DNA of 64,000 bases from Gemmatimonadota bacterium (GTDB lineage Bacteria; Gemmatimonadota; Gemmatimonadetes; Gemmatimonadales; GWC2-71-9), in contig JBGQLP010000002.1 of the NCBI GenBank assembly GCA_041500125.1, positions 92,322-156,321 of the forward strand, read 5' to 3'. The stretch's first letter is position 1, and each line of letters starts with the position of its first letter. The notes beneath the pieces are model-generated. The model saw only the letters and a program-made list of their open reading frames with translations. It ran no database searches and had not been told where the DNA came from. The translations under genes were made by a program, and so were the position numbers. This document shows, piece by piece, positions 18,708-26,548 of the stretch.

Positions 18708-19910
18708 ATGCGGATGCACATGGTAGTACGTCTCTCCACGACCGCGCTGGCGAGCGTTGCGCTCGCCGGACTGGTCTCGGCGCAGGTGCCCACCAAGACC
18801 AGCGAGCCTCGACTGGCGGTGCCTCGTTCCGATCTTCCCCTGGCCCAACCCCCAGGGCAGCCCACGACGGCACCAACGAGCACTGCTGCGTCAACCGACA
18901 CGACGCCCACTCCGGGGCCAGTCACGCAAGTGACCGGTGGGGCGAGTGGGGTGACGCAGCTGGGAGGAGGAGCGGGTGCACCGACTACATCGAGCAGCTC
19001 ATATGCCGCGACCGCAGCACGAGCCTACACCGGGGCCAAGTTCGCGTTGACGGTGGGCGGGGTGGATGCAGGATGGCTCCAGACACTCGAGGGCGGTGGA
19101 CCTAGCTCAGATGTCGTAACTGAGAAGCTTGGGCCGGACAATGTCAGCCATAAACATCTCGCGGGGGTCAAGTACGACGACATCGCCTTCGATACTGGGC
19201 TGGATTCGAAGCCGATCACGGATTGGATCGCGGAGAGCTGGGACGGGAAGAACAGCCCCAAGGATGGCAGCGTGATCATAGCCGACTACAACGTGAAACC
19301 CGTGTCCGAACTCCAGTTCTACCATGCCCGCCTCGCTGAGGCCACGTTCCCCCGGCTGGATGCAGCCAGTAAGGATGCCGCTCATATTACCGTGAAGCTG
19401 TCACCCGAGTACACCCGAGCAGTGTCTGGATCGGGGAAGGTAGTAGCAGGAGCGGCCAAGGCGATTGTGTCGAAGAAATGGCTCGCTTCGACCTTCCGCT
19501 TCGAGATGGCCGGCCTCGACGGAAGCAAGGTCAACGTCATTGAATCATTTACCGTTTCCCAGAAATTCGCGGACACCCCGGTGGGCGAGCTGCGCGACTA
19601 CCAGAAGGAGCCGGCGAGCCTCGAGTTTCCCAACCTGAAGGTGACGCTGCCCGAGGGGTACGCCCAGAGCTGGTACGGCTGGCTCGACGACTTCGTGGTC
19701 AAGGGGAACAACGGACAGGACAAGGAGCGGGACGGCTCTATCATCTACCTCAGTGCCGACCTTAAGACCGAATTGGCGCGCGTCAACCTCTTCGGCTGCG
19801 GGATCTTTGGATTGAATCCCGTGAAGACGCAAGCCGCGTCTGAAACGATCCGGCGAGTGACTGCCGACTTGTACTGCGAGCGGATGCAGCTGCAAGTCCC
19901 AAAGTCATGA
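18708..19910 (+). CDS. Exported protein with two tandem phage/eCIS tail-tube-like (T4 gp19 / Pvc1 / Afp1-type) domains
   Basis: GAGGAG then ATG at 18708. Signal peptide ...LAGLVSA/QV. T/P/S-rich linker to aa ~105. Domain 1 reads KFALTVGGVDAGW...HLAGVKYDDIAFDTG...ITDWIAESW...KDGSVIIADYN...FPRLDAASKDAAHITVKL, which follows the tube-family pattern I recall from Pvc1 (YRFIVSVGD...KMPGQ..TNITLRKG..LFDWINS..KKDITISL..FDATSNDIAVQEITL). Domain 2 (aa ~262-395) repeats the pattern more loosely. Confidence 0.6.
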   Translation: MRMHMVVRLSTTALASVALAGLVSAQVPTKTSEPRLAVPRSDLPLAQPPGQPTTAPTSTAASTDTTPTPGPVTQVTGGASGVTQLGGGAGAPTTSSSSYAATAARAYTGAKFALTVGGVDAGWLQTLEGGGPSSDVVTEKLGPDNVSHKHLAGVKYDDIAFDTGLDSKPITDWIAESWDGKNSPKDGSVIIADYNVKPVSELQFYHARLAEATFPRLDAASKDAAHITVKLSPEYTRAVSGSGKVVAGAAKAIVSKKWLASTFRFEMAGLDGSKVNVIESFTVSQKFADTPVGELRDYQKEPASLEFPNLKVTLPEGYAQSWYGWLDDFVVKGNNGQDKERDGSIIYLSADLKTELARVNLFGCGIFGLNPVKTQAASETIRRVTADLYCERMQLQVPKS

Positions 19911-19911
19911 G

Positions 19912-20730
19912 CTAATCAGGGTAGAGCGCCAATTGCAGCTGAACCCCGCCGATTGGGATCACCGCAATCGGCGGGAGCGGCGTGTCCTGCTCCGCGACGT
20001 GAATCGCACCCCGGAACTTGACCCGTCGAAGAGCATGTCTCACCTCCTCACGAGCCACTTCCGCCGTATTGCACTGTTGGCTGAGATGGGCCAGCACGAT
20101 GACCGACAGCCCCGGATGGTGCAGCTCGGCTAATAGTTGAGCCGCGGCTCGGTTGGACAGGTGGCCGGCCGATCCCGCGATCCGGCGCTGCACGACGGCG
20201 GGATACTCGCTGGTCCGGAGCTGGACTTCGTCGTGGTTGGCTTCCAGCACGATCGCCGTGAGATCCCGCAGCAAATAACGCAGAGCCGTTGTCGGCCGGC
20301 CGAGATCGTAGGCCGCTCCGATGCTGGTCCCATCGAAGGCGCGCACCACCACGGCGAGCGGATCCGCGGCGTCGTGGCTGGTGGGACAAGCGTCGATGGT
20401 GAACGGTCCCAGCTCCACTCGTGCGCAGAGCCCCAGCGGACGGTGCTCCGCGTCGTACATCCTGGACACCAAATGTTGCCAGGTGCCCGCAGCAGTGACC
20501 ACCGGCACCCCCAGCCGGCGAGCGAGCTTCGCGGCCCCGCAGGTGTGATCGCCGTGCTCATGGGTCAGCGCGATCCCGGCAATCCGTCCTACATCGAGCC
20601 CGATTGAGGTCGCCCGCCGCTCGATCTCCCGGGCGCTGAAGCCGGCATCGATCAGCAGGGCCACGCCCTCCGACTCCACCGCGAAGCAGTTGCCTCTCGA
20701 GCCCGAGCCGAGTACGTAGAGCGTGATCAT
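19912..20730 (-). CDS. MBL-fold metallo-hydrolase
   Basis: Starts MITLYVLGSGSRGN and contains LTHEHGDHTCG (the HxHxDH motif). ATG at 20730 overlaps the upstream stop. The track ORF extension to 21195 is spurious. Confidence 0.8.
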   Translation of the reverse strand: MITLYVLGSGSRGNCFAVESEGVALLIDAGFSAREIERRATSIGLDVGRIAGIALTHEHGDHTCGAAKLARRLGVPVVTAAGTWQHLVSRMYDAEHRPLGLCARVELGPFTIDACPTSHDAADPLAVVVRAFDGTSIGAAYDLGRPTTALRYLLRDLTAIVLEANHDEVQLRTSEYPAVVQRRIAGSAGHLSNRAAAQLLAELHHPGLSVIVLAHLSQQCNTAEVAREEVRHALRRVKFRGAIHVAEQDTPLPPIAVIPIGGVQLQLALYPD

Positions 20731-21896
20731 CGAGTGCTCCGCCCATAGGTGAGCCGGAGTGACTCGCGCCGCTCGGCGGAGAAGGGGATGTTCCGCCGGA
20801 GCATGACCCGTTCGGCAATCCGCAGAAAGCCGTCTTCCGTCATTCGCTCGGCGCCGGAACAGCCCCAGGCAAAGGGTGGTACGTACCTGGGAGGGGTCGG
20901 CGGGCCGAACACGTTGGCCCCGGCTGAGATGACGGTGCCCGTTGCCAGCAGGGTCCCGATCGCCGTCTTGGCGTGATCTCCGATGAGGCTGCCCACATTG
21001 AGGCGTCCGGTCTCGATCCGCTCCCCCTCCACCTCGAGCCGAACCGGGCCGTAAGTGTTCTTGAGGTTGGAGGTCGTCGTGCCGGCGCCCAGGTTGACCC
21101 AGTGGCCCAGGACGCTGTGACCCACGAATCCGTCGTGGCTCTTGTTGGCGTAGCCCAGAAAGACACTGGCGGCGACTTCGCCCCGCACTCGGCACTCGGG
21201 TCCGAACACGGACGCGCGCAGAAATCCGCCAAGCACCCGCGTGCCCGGCCCCACATACATCGGGCCTTCGAGCCGGGTGCCGCTCCTGATCTCCGCTCCC
21301 TGGTCGACCACGACCGCACCATGGCGGAGGTCGAATACCACACCAGGCTCGACGGTGGCTCCCAGGCAGATCACCTGGCTGGGGTCGCCCAGCACCACGC
21401 TGCCCTGGGGAACTCCTTCACTCGGAGCGGCCAGAAAATCCGCGCAGTCCGCCGGGAGCAACTGCTCCAGCGCGGTCAGCAGGTCGTAGGTGCCGTGTAG
21501 GAGCACGCCATCGACCTCAACGCCGGGACCTTTCTCGTGAGGACCCTCCCAGCGCTCACCTGAGGACACGATCCAACCCACCGTCTGGTCGCCATGGATC
21601 AGCCGGCGAGTGCCGGTACCCGGGCTAATGGGAACGCCGGTGGGGGCAAACCATGCAGCCGCCACGACCGCTGGTCCCTGAATGGATCCGGGCGGTTGAA
21701 TCGGCGGCTCGTCGCCCTCGGTGAAACCGGCCGCGTGGACTCCCAGGATGGCTGTTGCGTCGTTGCCGATCGCCGCTTCCCACCGCTCCCGTACCCGCCA
21801 GATGCCGGCTCGCAGCTCGGCCAGAGGCCGGATGCCGGCAAAGGGAGCCCAGGCCGCGCCGGGCGAGTCGGGCTCCAGCAGGTAGAGTGCCGTCAC
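20727..21896 (-). CDS. Hexapeptide-repeat (left-handed beta-helix) putative sugar nucleotidyltransferase/acyltransferase-like protein
   Basis: GTG at 21896 overlaps the manC-like stop (GTGA). The C-terminal half has the periodic small/hydrophobic hexapeptide pattern (VGPGTRVLGGFLRASVFGPECRVRGEV...). Confidence 0.55.
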   Translation of the reverse strand: MTALYLLEPDSPGAAWAPFAGIRPLAELRAGIWRVRERWEAAIGNDATAILGVHAAGFTEGDEPPIQPPGSIQGPAVVAAAWFAPTGVPISPGTGTRRLIHGDQTVGWIVSSGERWEGPHEKGPGVEVDGVLLHGTYDLLTALEQLLPADCADFLAAPSEGVPQGSVVLGDPSQVICLGATVEPGVVFDLRHGAVVVDQGAEIRSGTRLEGPMYVGPGTRVLGGFLRASVFGPECRVRGEVAASVFLGYANKSHDGFVGHSVLGHWVNLGAGTTTSNLKNTYGPVRLEVEGERIETGRLNVGSLIGDHAKTAIGTLLATGTVISAGANVFGPPTPPRYVPPFAWGCSGAERMTEDGFLRIAERVMLRRNIPFSAERRESLRLTYGRSTR

Positions 21897-22924
21897 GAGC
21901 GCACGTCGCGGATGTCGGGCGGCAACGCATCGAGCAGTTGTTTCATCGAGGCTGCCCGGTCGCTCGGCATCACCAGGATCCGCCCGTTGGCCTGCACCAC
22001 AATGAGATCCTGTACCCCGCTCAGCACCACCGTGTCCCGCTCCGCCCACACGATGCAATCGCCGGATTCATGGGCGAAGGCGTTGCCCACCACCACATTT
22101 CCGTGGGTGTCCTTGGCGCGCACCCGGGTCAACGCCTCCCACGTCCCCACATCGTCCCAGGCGAACGAGCCACTCACCACCGCAACGGCAGCGCTCCGCT
22201 CCAGCAATCCCACGTCGATCGAGATCGGGGTTACGTTCCGGAAGAAGCCATCGATGTCCCCCGCCCGGAGCGCCGGGAGATGGGGAGCCACCTCCGGCGT
22301 GTGCGCCTGGACTTCGACCAGCAGACGCTCGGCGGTCCAGGCAAAGAGGCCGCTGTTCCACAACGCGCCCGCGGCCATCAAATCCAGCGCCGTGGCGGCG
22401 TCGGGCTTCTCGGAGAAGCGAGCAACCATGCGGGCCCCGTCGCTCAAGGGAGGACCGGGCACGATGTAGCCGTAGCCGGTCTCGGGACGGGACGGCACCA
22501 CCCCGACCGTGACGAGACGCTCGTGCACGCGAGCGGTGGTCAGCGCCGAGTCGGCGGTTCGGCGGAAGGCCGCGGCGTCGCCGATCGCCCAATCGGCGTG
22601 CAGCGATAGCACCTCGGCCTGAGGGTCGCGACGCTGAGCCTCCAGGGTGGCCCAGATGAGTGCCGGAGCGGTCGAGGCGGCGCGGGGCTCGACCAAGATG
22701 TTATCGGCTGCGAGCTGGAGCCGTTCCTGCAGACGGGGAGCGAGCGCGGCGCCAGTCACCACCAGAATGCGCTCCCGGGGCACGAGCCCGGAGAGCCGCG
22801 CGATGGACTCTTCGGCCGTCGAGCTGGAGCCGGCCAGAGGCAGTAACTGCTTCGGGTTCTCGGGGGTGCTGAGCGGCCAGAAGCGCGTACCCGAGCCTCC
22901 AGCGAGAATGACGGCCCATCTCAT
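21893..22924 (-). CDS. Mannose-1-phosphate guanylyltransferase-like nucleotidyltransferase
   Basis: N-terminal AVILAGGSGTRFWPLS...PKQLLPL is the NTP-transferase signature of ManC/CpsB-type enzymes. Confidence 0.8.
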   Translation of the reverse strand: MRWAVILAGGSGTRFWPLSTPENPKQLLPLAGSSSTAEESIARLSGLVPRERILVVTGAALAPRLQERLQLAADNILVEPRAASTAPALIWATLEAQRRDPQAEVLSLHADWAIGDAAAFRRTADSALTTARVHERLVTVGVVPSRPETGYGYIVPGPPLSDGARMVARFSEKPDAATALDLMAAGALWNSGLFAWTAERLLVEVQAHTPEVAPHLPALRAGDIDGFFRNVTPISIDVGLLERSAAVAVVSGSFAWDDVGTWEALTRVRAKDTHGNVVVGNAFAHESGDCIVWAERDTVVLSGVQDLIVVQANGRILVMPSDRAASMKQLLDALPPDIRDVRS

Positions 22925-22927
22925 AGA

Positions 22928-22959
22928 GGCGGGTAGGCGGGTAGGCGGGTAGGCGGGTA
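22928..22959. repeat. Tandem octamer array (GGCGGGTA x4), arm of an inverted pair
   Basis: Four perfect copies ending 3 nt from the manC-like start codon (minus strand). Confidence 0.9.
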
Positions 22960-23067
22960 AGCAATAAACATAAAGACTCAGAAGCTCCCAAGATTTAAGC
23001 TTCGCACACGCGGGTGAGGGTGTCTCTTTATGAAGGACTGAATCTATTTACAGGGGGGGAAGTCTTG

Positions 23068-23094
23068 TACCGCCTGCCTGCCCGCTTACCCGCC
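23068..23094. repeat. Inverted partner arm (TACCGCCTGCCTGCCCGCTTACCCGCC)
   Basis: The reverse complement GGCGGGTAAGCGGGCAGGCAGGCGGTA matches the GGCGGGTA family. It abuts the stop codon of the Roadblock gene. Confidence 0.8.
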
Positions 23095-23447
23095 TATAGC
23101 AACGCTGCCAACGCCGGCCGGTGCTGCCGGAGATCGTAGAGCAGCTCCCCGAGGTTCGATTCCGGGGTGACGAGTATCGCCAGGGAGTCGCCGGCCCCGA
23201 GCTGGGCGACGATCATGAGGCCGCGGTCGTACTCCAGGACGGCGGTCTGCAACGCGCCCCGCGCCGCTCCGAGGCCCAGGCGGGTGGCGTACTGGATCAG
23301 TGTCGCGGTCAGGGCGGCGATGGACTCCGAATCGGCCGAGCCGCGGGAGGCGTGCTCGATCGGAAGTCCGTCTGCGCTGATTACGAGCACCGCCTCAACG
23401 CCATCTCGTGCGGCCAGCTCGCGCACCACCTCGCTCAAGACCGCCAT
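23094..23447 (-). CDS. Roadblock/LC7 (MglB-like) domain protein
   Basis: 117 aa. GVEAVLVISADGLPI...ALTATL...G.L...VLEYD.G.MIV is the typical Roadblock/LC7 pattern. Confidence 0.7.
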   Translation of the reverse strand: MAVLSEVVRELAARDGVEAVLVISADGLPIEHASRGSADSESIAALTATLIQYATRLGLGAARGALQTAVLEYDRGLMIVAQLGAGDSLAILVTPESNLGELLYDLRQHRPALAALL

Positions 23448-23557
23448 CGCCTGGCTCCATCGCGGAGGTAAATAGTCTCGGGCAACGTATGAGTGCCCTT
23501 CGGTGAAGTCAAGAAAAATATTGATTCCTCTCTGCGTAAGGCTTAACCTTCCGGCTC

Positions 23558-24106
23558 ATGAGATCACTTGTCCTTGTCGCTCTGTTGCTCGCGGCGGCGG
23601 CCTGCAGCGATTCCACCGGGCTGCCCGACGCCACTCTCACCAACGCCGAGCGCACCGACACGCTGTACGCGCTGGTCGGGACTCCCGTCTCCACCCCCAG
23701 CGGATACGCGTTGGAGGGCAGCCGGCGCGTGCGAACCGACCTCTCGGTCGACTTCGATTTCGCCTACAATGTCCAATCCGATGGAAGTCGCATCTTCCTG
23801 CCCAGGGCGGCGTTGGGCATCGACCCCACAGCGGCGGTGAATCCGGGTTTTCTGGCGAGCGAGCAGACCTTTGAAGCCATCACGGTTGCGCCCAGCAACG
23901 GATACGTCACCGACCGCGCCATTCCCATCGTAATCGGATCACGCTATGTCGTCCGCAGCCGGGTCACCTGTGCCATCGGGGTGCCCAAGTACGCCAAGGT
24001 GGAGGTGGTGTCGTTCGACGACATAGCGCGAACCGTGGCCTTCCGAGTGCTCACCGACGATAACTGCGGGTTCAAGGGCCTCGAGCCCGGTCTGCCCAAA
24101 CGCTGA
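23558..24106 (+). CDS. Hypothetical lipoprotein
   Basis: MRSLVLVALLLAAAAC has a lipobox (AAAC). No other motif recognised. Confidence 0.55.
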   Translation: MRSLVLVALLLAAAACSDSTGLPDATLTNAERTDTLYALVGTPVSTPSGYALEGSRRVRTDLSVDFDFAYNVQSDGSRIFLPRAALGIDPTAAVNPGFLASEQTFEAITVAPSNGYVTDRAIPIVIGSRYVVRSRVTCAIGVPKYAKVEVVSFDDIARTVAFRVLTDDNCGFKGLEPGLPKR

Positions 24107-24108
24107 GC

Positions 24109-25392
24109 GTGATCGACGTCAAGCGACTCCGCCAGGATCCGGTAGCCAGTCGCGCCAGCCTCATGCGGCGGGGGGACCCGTCTCTCGGCCCCACGCTCGA
24201 CGCCATGCTGGAACTCGACCGCCGGCGACGCGACCTTCTGGTCCGGGTGGAGACCCTGAAAGCCGAGCGGAACGCGGCCAGCGATGAGGTCGCCCGGCGC
24301 AAGCGGGCCGGGGAATCGGCCGACGACCTGATGGAGCGGCTGAAGGCCTCGGGCGAGGAAGTGCGGGTGCTGGACCTGGAGCTGCGAGAGATCGAGAGTG
24401 CGCTCGACGAGCGGGCCCTCTCGGTGCCCAATTTTCCGGTTGACCAGGTGCCCGAAGGCGACGCCTCCGCCAATCGTCTGGTGCGCGCCTGGGGAACCCC
24501 GACGGAATTCGGGTTTCAGGCCAAACCCCACTGGGATTTGGGAGCATCGCTCGGACTCTTCGATTTGCCGGCGGGAGTAAAGATCACCGGCTCGGGATTC
24601 CCGCTGTTCACCGGCATGGGCGCAAGACTCGGTCGCGCCCTCGCCAATTTTATGCTCGACCTGCACACCAAAGAGCACGGGTACCTGGAGGTCTCTCCTC
24701 CGTATCTGGTGAACCGCGCCTCCCTCACCGGAACCGGCCAGCTTCCTCGATTTGCCGAAGAGGTCTACGCCTCCCCGGCGGACGATCTGTTTCTGATCCC
24801 CACCGCCGAGGTGCCGGTCACCAATATCCATCGGGACGAAATTCTCGAGGCGAAGGCGTTGCCGGCCAGCTACGTCGCGTATAGCCCTTGCTTCCGGCGG
24901 GAGGCCTTCTCCCACGGGAAGGACACCCGGGGTCTGATCCGAGTCCATCAGTTCGATAAGGTGGAATTGGTCCGAATCGTTCGTCCGGAGCAGTCGCCGG
25001 CTGAGCACGAGCTGATTACGGGGCACGCGGAGGCTGTGTTGCAGCGGCTGGGGCTGCCCTATCGCGTGGTGGAGCTGGCTGCCGGGGATACCGGATTCGC
25101 CAGTGCCCGCACCTATGACCTCGAAGTGTGGGCCGCCGGCATCGGGACCTGGCTGGAAGTTTCCAGCTCGAGCACCTTCACGGATTTCCAGGCTCGGCGC
25201 GCCAACATCCGCTATCGGCCGTCACCGAAGGCCAAGCCCGAATTCGTTCACACACTCAACGCGTCCGGCGTTGCGTTCCCCCGCACCATCATCGCGCTGC
25301 TGGAGAACAACCAAGCGCCCGACGGGTCGGTACGAGTGCCGGAGGCGCTGGTGCCGTATCTCGGCGTCGAGCGCTTGACCCCGCGTGGGTAG
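24109..25392 (+). CDS. serS: Seryl-tRNA synthetase
   Basis: 427 aa. N-terminal coiled-coil arm (IDVKRLRQDP...). Class II motifs FRRE and GSGFPLF. Ends ...NASGVAFPRTIIALLENNQ. Confidence 0.95.
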   Translation: MIDVKRLRQDPVASRASLMRRGDPSLGPTLDAMLELDRRRRDLLVRVETLKAERNAASDEVARRKRAGESADDLMERLKASGEEVRVLDLELREIESALDERALSVPNFPVDQVPEGDASANRLVRAWGTPTEFGFQAKPHWDLGASLGLFDLPAGVKITGSGFPLFTGMGARLGRALANFMLDLHTKEHGYLEVSPPYLVNRASLTGTGQLPRFAEEVYASPADDLFLIPTAEVPVTNIHRDEILEAKALPASYVAYSPCFRREAFSHGKDTRGLIRVHQFDKVELVRIVRPEQSPAEHELITGHAEAVLQRLGLPYRVVELAAGDTGFASARTYDLEVWAAGIGTWLEVSSSSTFTDFQARRANIRYRPSPKAKPEFVHTLNASGVAFPRTIIALLENNQAPDGSVRVPEALVPYLGVERLTPRG

Positions 25393-26548
25393 CGAGCGGC
25401 TCCAGCGCCTGGCGCCGGGTATGGTAGTGGCGCTTGTGGCCCTGCTTGCGTGCCTGAGCATTGGCACCGGGCTCCTCATCTTCCGTCACTTCCAGGCTGA
25501 CGCCATCGCCACCAGCCGGCTCTACTCCGGGGTGTTCGGTGGCCTCAACGATCCTCGCGCCGGAGCAGAGGCGGAGGCGCTGCTCCGGCTGGGCGAGCAG
25601 GTTCGATCGCTGGGGCTCCCGCTGGTGGTGACCGATCGGACCGGGAGGGTGACGGCCGCGGCCAACCTGCCGTTCGAGGCGCCGCTCGACGACCCCCAGG
25701 TAAAGCTGTATGCCGCTCGCCTCGACCGGCAAAACCCGCCGATCAGTGACGCCGCCGTGGGCACCGTCCACTATGGCCCGCTCCCGGCACAACGGAATCT
25801 CATTGCGCTCGCGGTGCTCCAGGGGCTCACGATCGCGGTCATGGTGGCGGTTGCCGTCTTCGCGTATCGCAGCGCGATGGCGGCCCAGCGGGATCGTCTG
25901 TGGGTAGCAATGGCACGCGAGGCCGCCCATCAAATGGGCACGCCGCTCACCAGCCTGCAGGGTTGGATCGAGCGAGTTCGCTCCCGGGCCACGCCGCCGC
26001 CGGGCCTGGCCGACCACCTCTCTGCCGATGCCGAACGGCTGGATCGGGTGGCCCAGAGATTCGAGCGGATCGGCAATCCGGCCAAGCGGGAGCCGATCGG
26101 GCTGGGAGCGCTGGCGGATCGCGTCGCCGGATACTTTCGCCCCCGTCTTCCGCGGCATACCAACATGATCGATCTCCGGGTCGAGGCACCCGGTGCGGGC
26201 CCCACGGTGCTGGGCGATCCCGTCTTGTTGGAATGGGCGCTCGAGTCCCTGGTCAAGAACGCCATCGACGCGCTGCAAGGACGTCCCGGCGCGATTATCC
26301 TGCGGGTCGGCGCTGATGATGACATGGGTACAATCCGCGTTATCGACGATGGGCCGGGGATCGCAAAAGAGCTTCGGCGTACGCTGTTTGAGCCCGGCAT
26401 CACCACCAAGCGGGGTGGCTGGGGGATCGGCCTGGCTCTCTCCCGCCGGGTGGTCGAAGACGCTCACGAGGGTGCGTTGATGCTGGAGCCAACAGAGCGA
26501 GGAACCTGTTTCCTGATCCGGGTGCCACTGGCCGGGCGGGAAGCATGA
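25385..26548 (+). CDS. Sensor histidine kinase (two TM helices, HisKA + HATPase_c), no adjacent response regulator
   Basis: H-box AAHQMGTPLTSLQGW, N-box KNAIDAL and G-boxes DDGPGI / GGWGIGLAL. Overlaps serS by 8 nt and pcrA by 4 nt. Confidence 0.8.
   Translation: MGSERLQRLAPGMVVALVALLACLSIGTGLLIFRHFQADAIATSRLYSGVFGGLNDPRAGAEAEALLRLGEQVRSLGLPLVVTDRTGRVTAAANLPFEAPLDDPQVKLYAARLDRQNPPISDAAVGTVHYGPLPAQRNLIALAVLQGLTIAVMVAVAVFAYRSAMAAQRDRLWVAMAREAAHQMGTPLTSLQGWIERVRSRATPPPGLADHLSADAERLDRVAQRFERIGNPAKREPIGLGALADRVAGYFRPRLPRHTNMIDLRVEAPGAGPTVLGDPVLLEWALESLVKNAIDALQGRPGAIILRVGADDDMGTIRVIDDGPGIAKELRRTLFEPGITTKRGGWGIGLALSRRVVEDAHEGALMLEPTERGTCFLIRVPLAGREA

Noticed and set aside
18708-19910. Tail-tube-like gene as evidence for a prophage or eCIS locus
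   Set aside because: No sheath, baseplate, spike, tape-measure, terminase or integrase genes are visible within the surrounding ~9 kb on either side. The protein also carries a signal peptide, which is incompatible with cytoplasmic tail assembly.
10205-19910. Accessory block as a recently acquired genomic island
   Set aside because: There is no integrase, flanking tRNA or direct repeats. By eye I saw no compositional shift relative to neighbouring housekeeping genes. GC content and codon usage should still be computed.
20731-21195. 5' extension of the MBL hydrolase ORF (track 19912..21195)
   Set aside because: It overlaps the hexapeptide-repeat gene. The MBL domain begins at MITLYVLGSG (ATG 20730) with a 4-nt coupling overlap.
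22928-23094. Short tandem repeat arrays considered as a CRISPR array or CRISPR remnant
   Set aside because: The units are 7-9 bp and directly abutting, with no ~30-bp spacers. There are no cas genes. The arrays are dispersed singly at gene junctions.
23521-23557. TTGATT-17 nt-TAACCT upstream of the lipoprotein gene, implying a near-leaderless mRNA
   Set aside because: The -10 match is poor and there is no supporting evidence. It is noted only as a possibility.
25289-26467. 392-aa minus-strand ORF
   Set aside because: It is antisense to the histidine kinase gene, which has H, N and G boxes.
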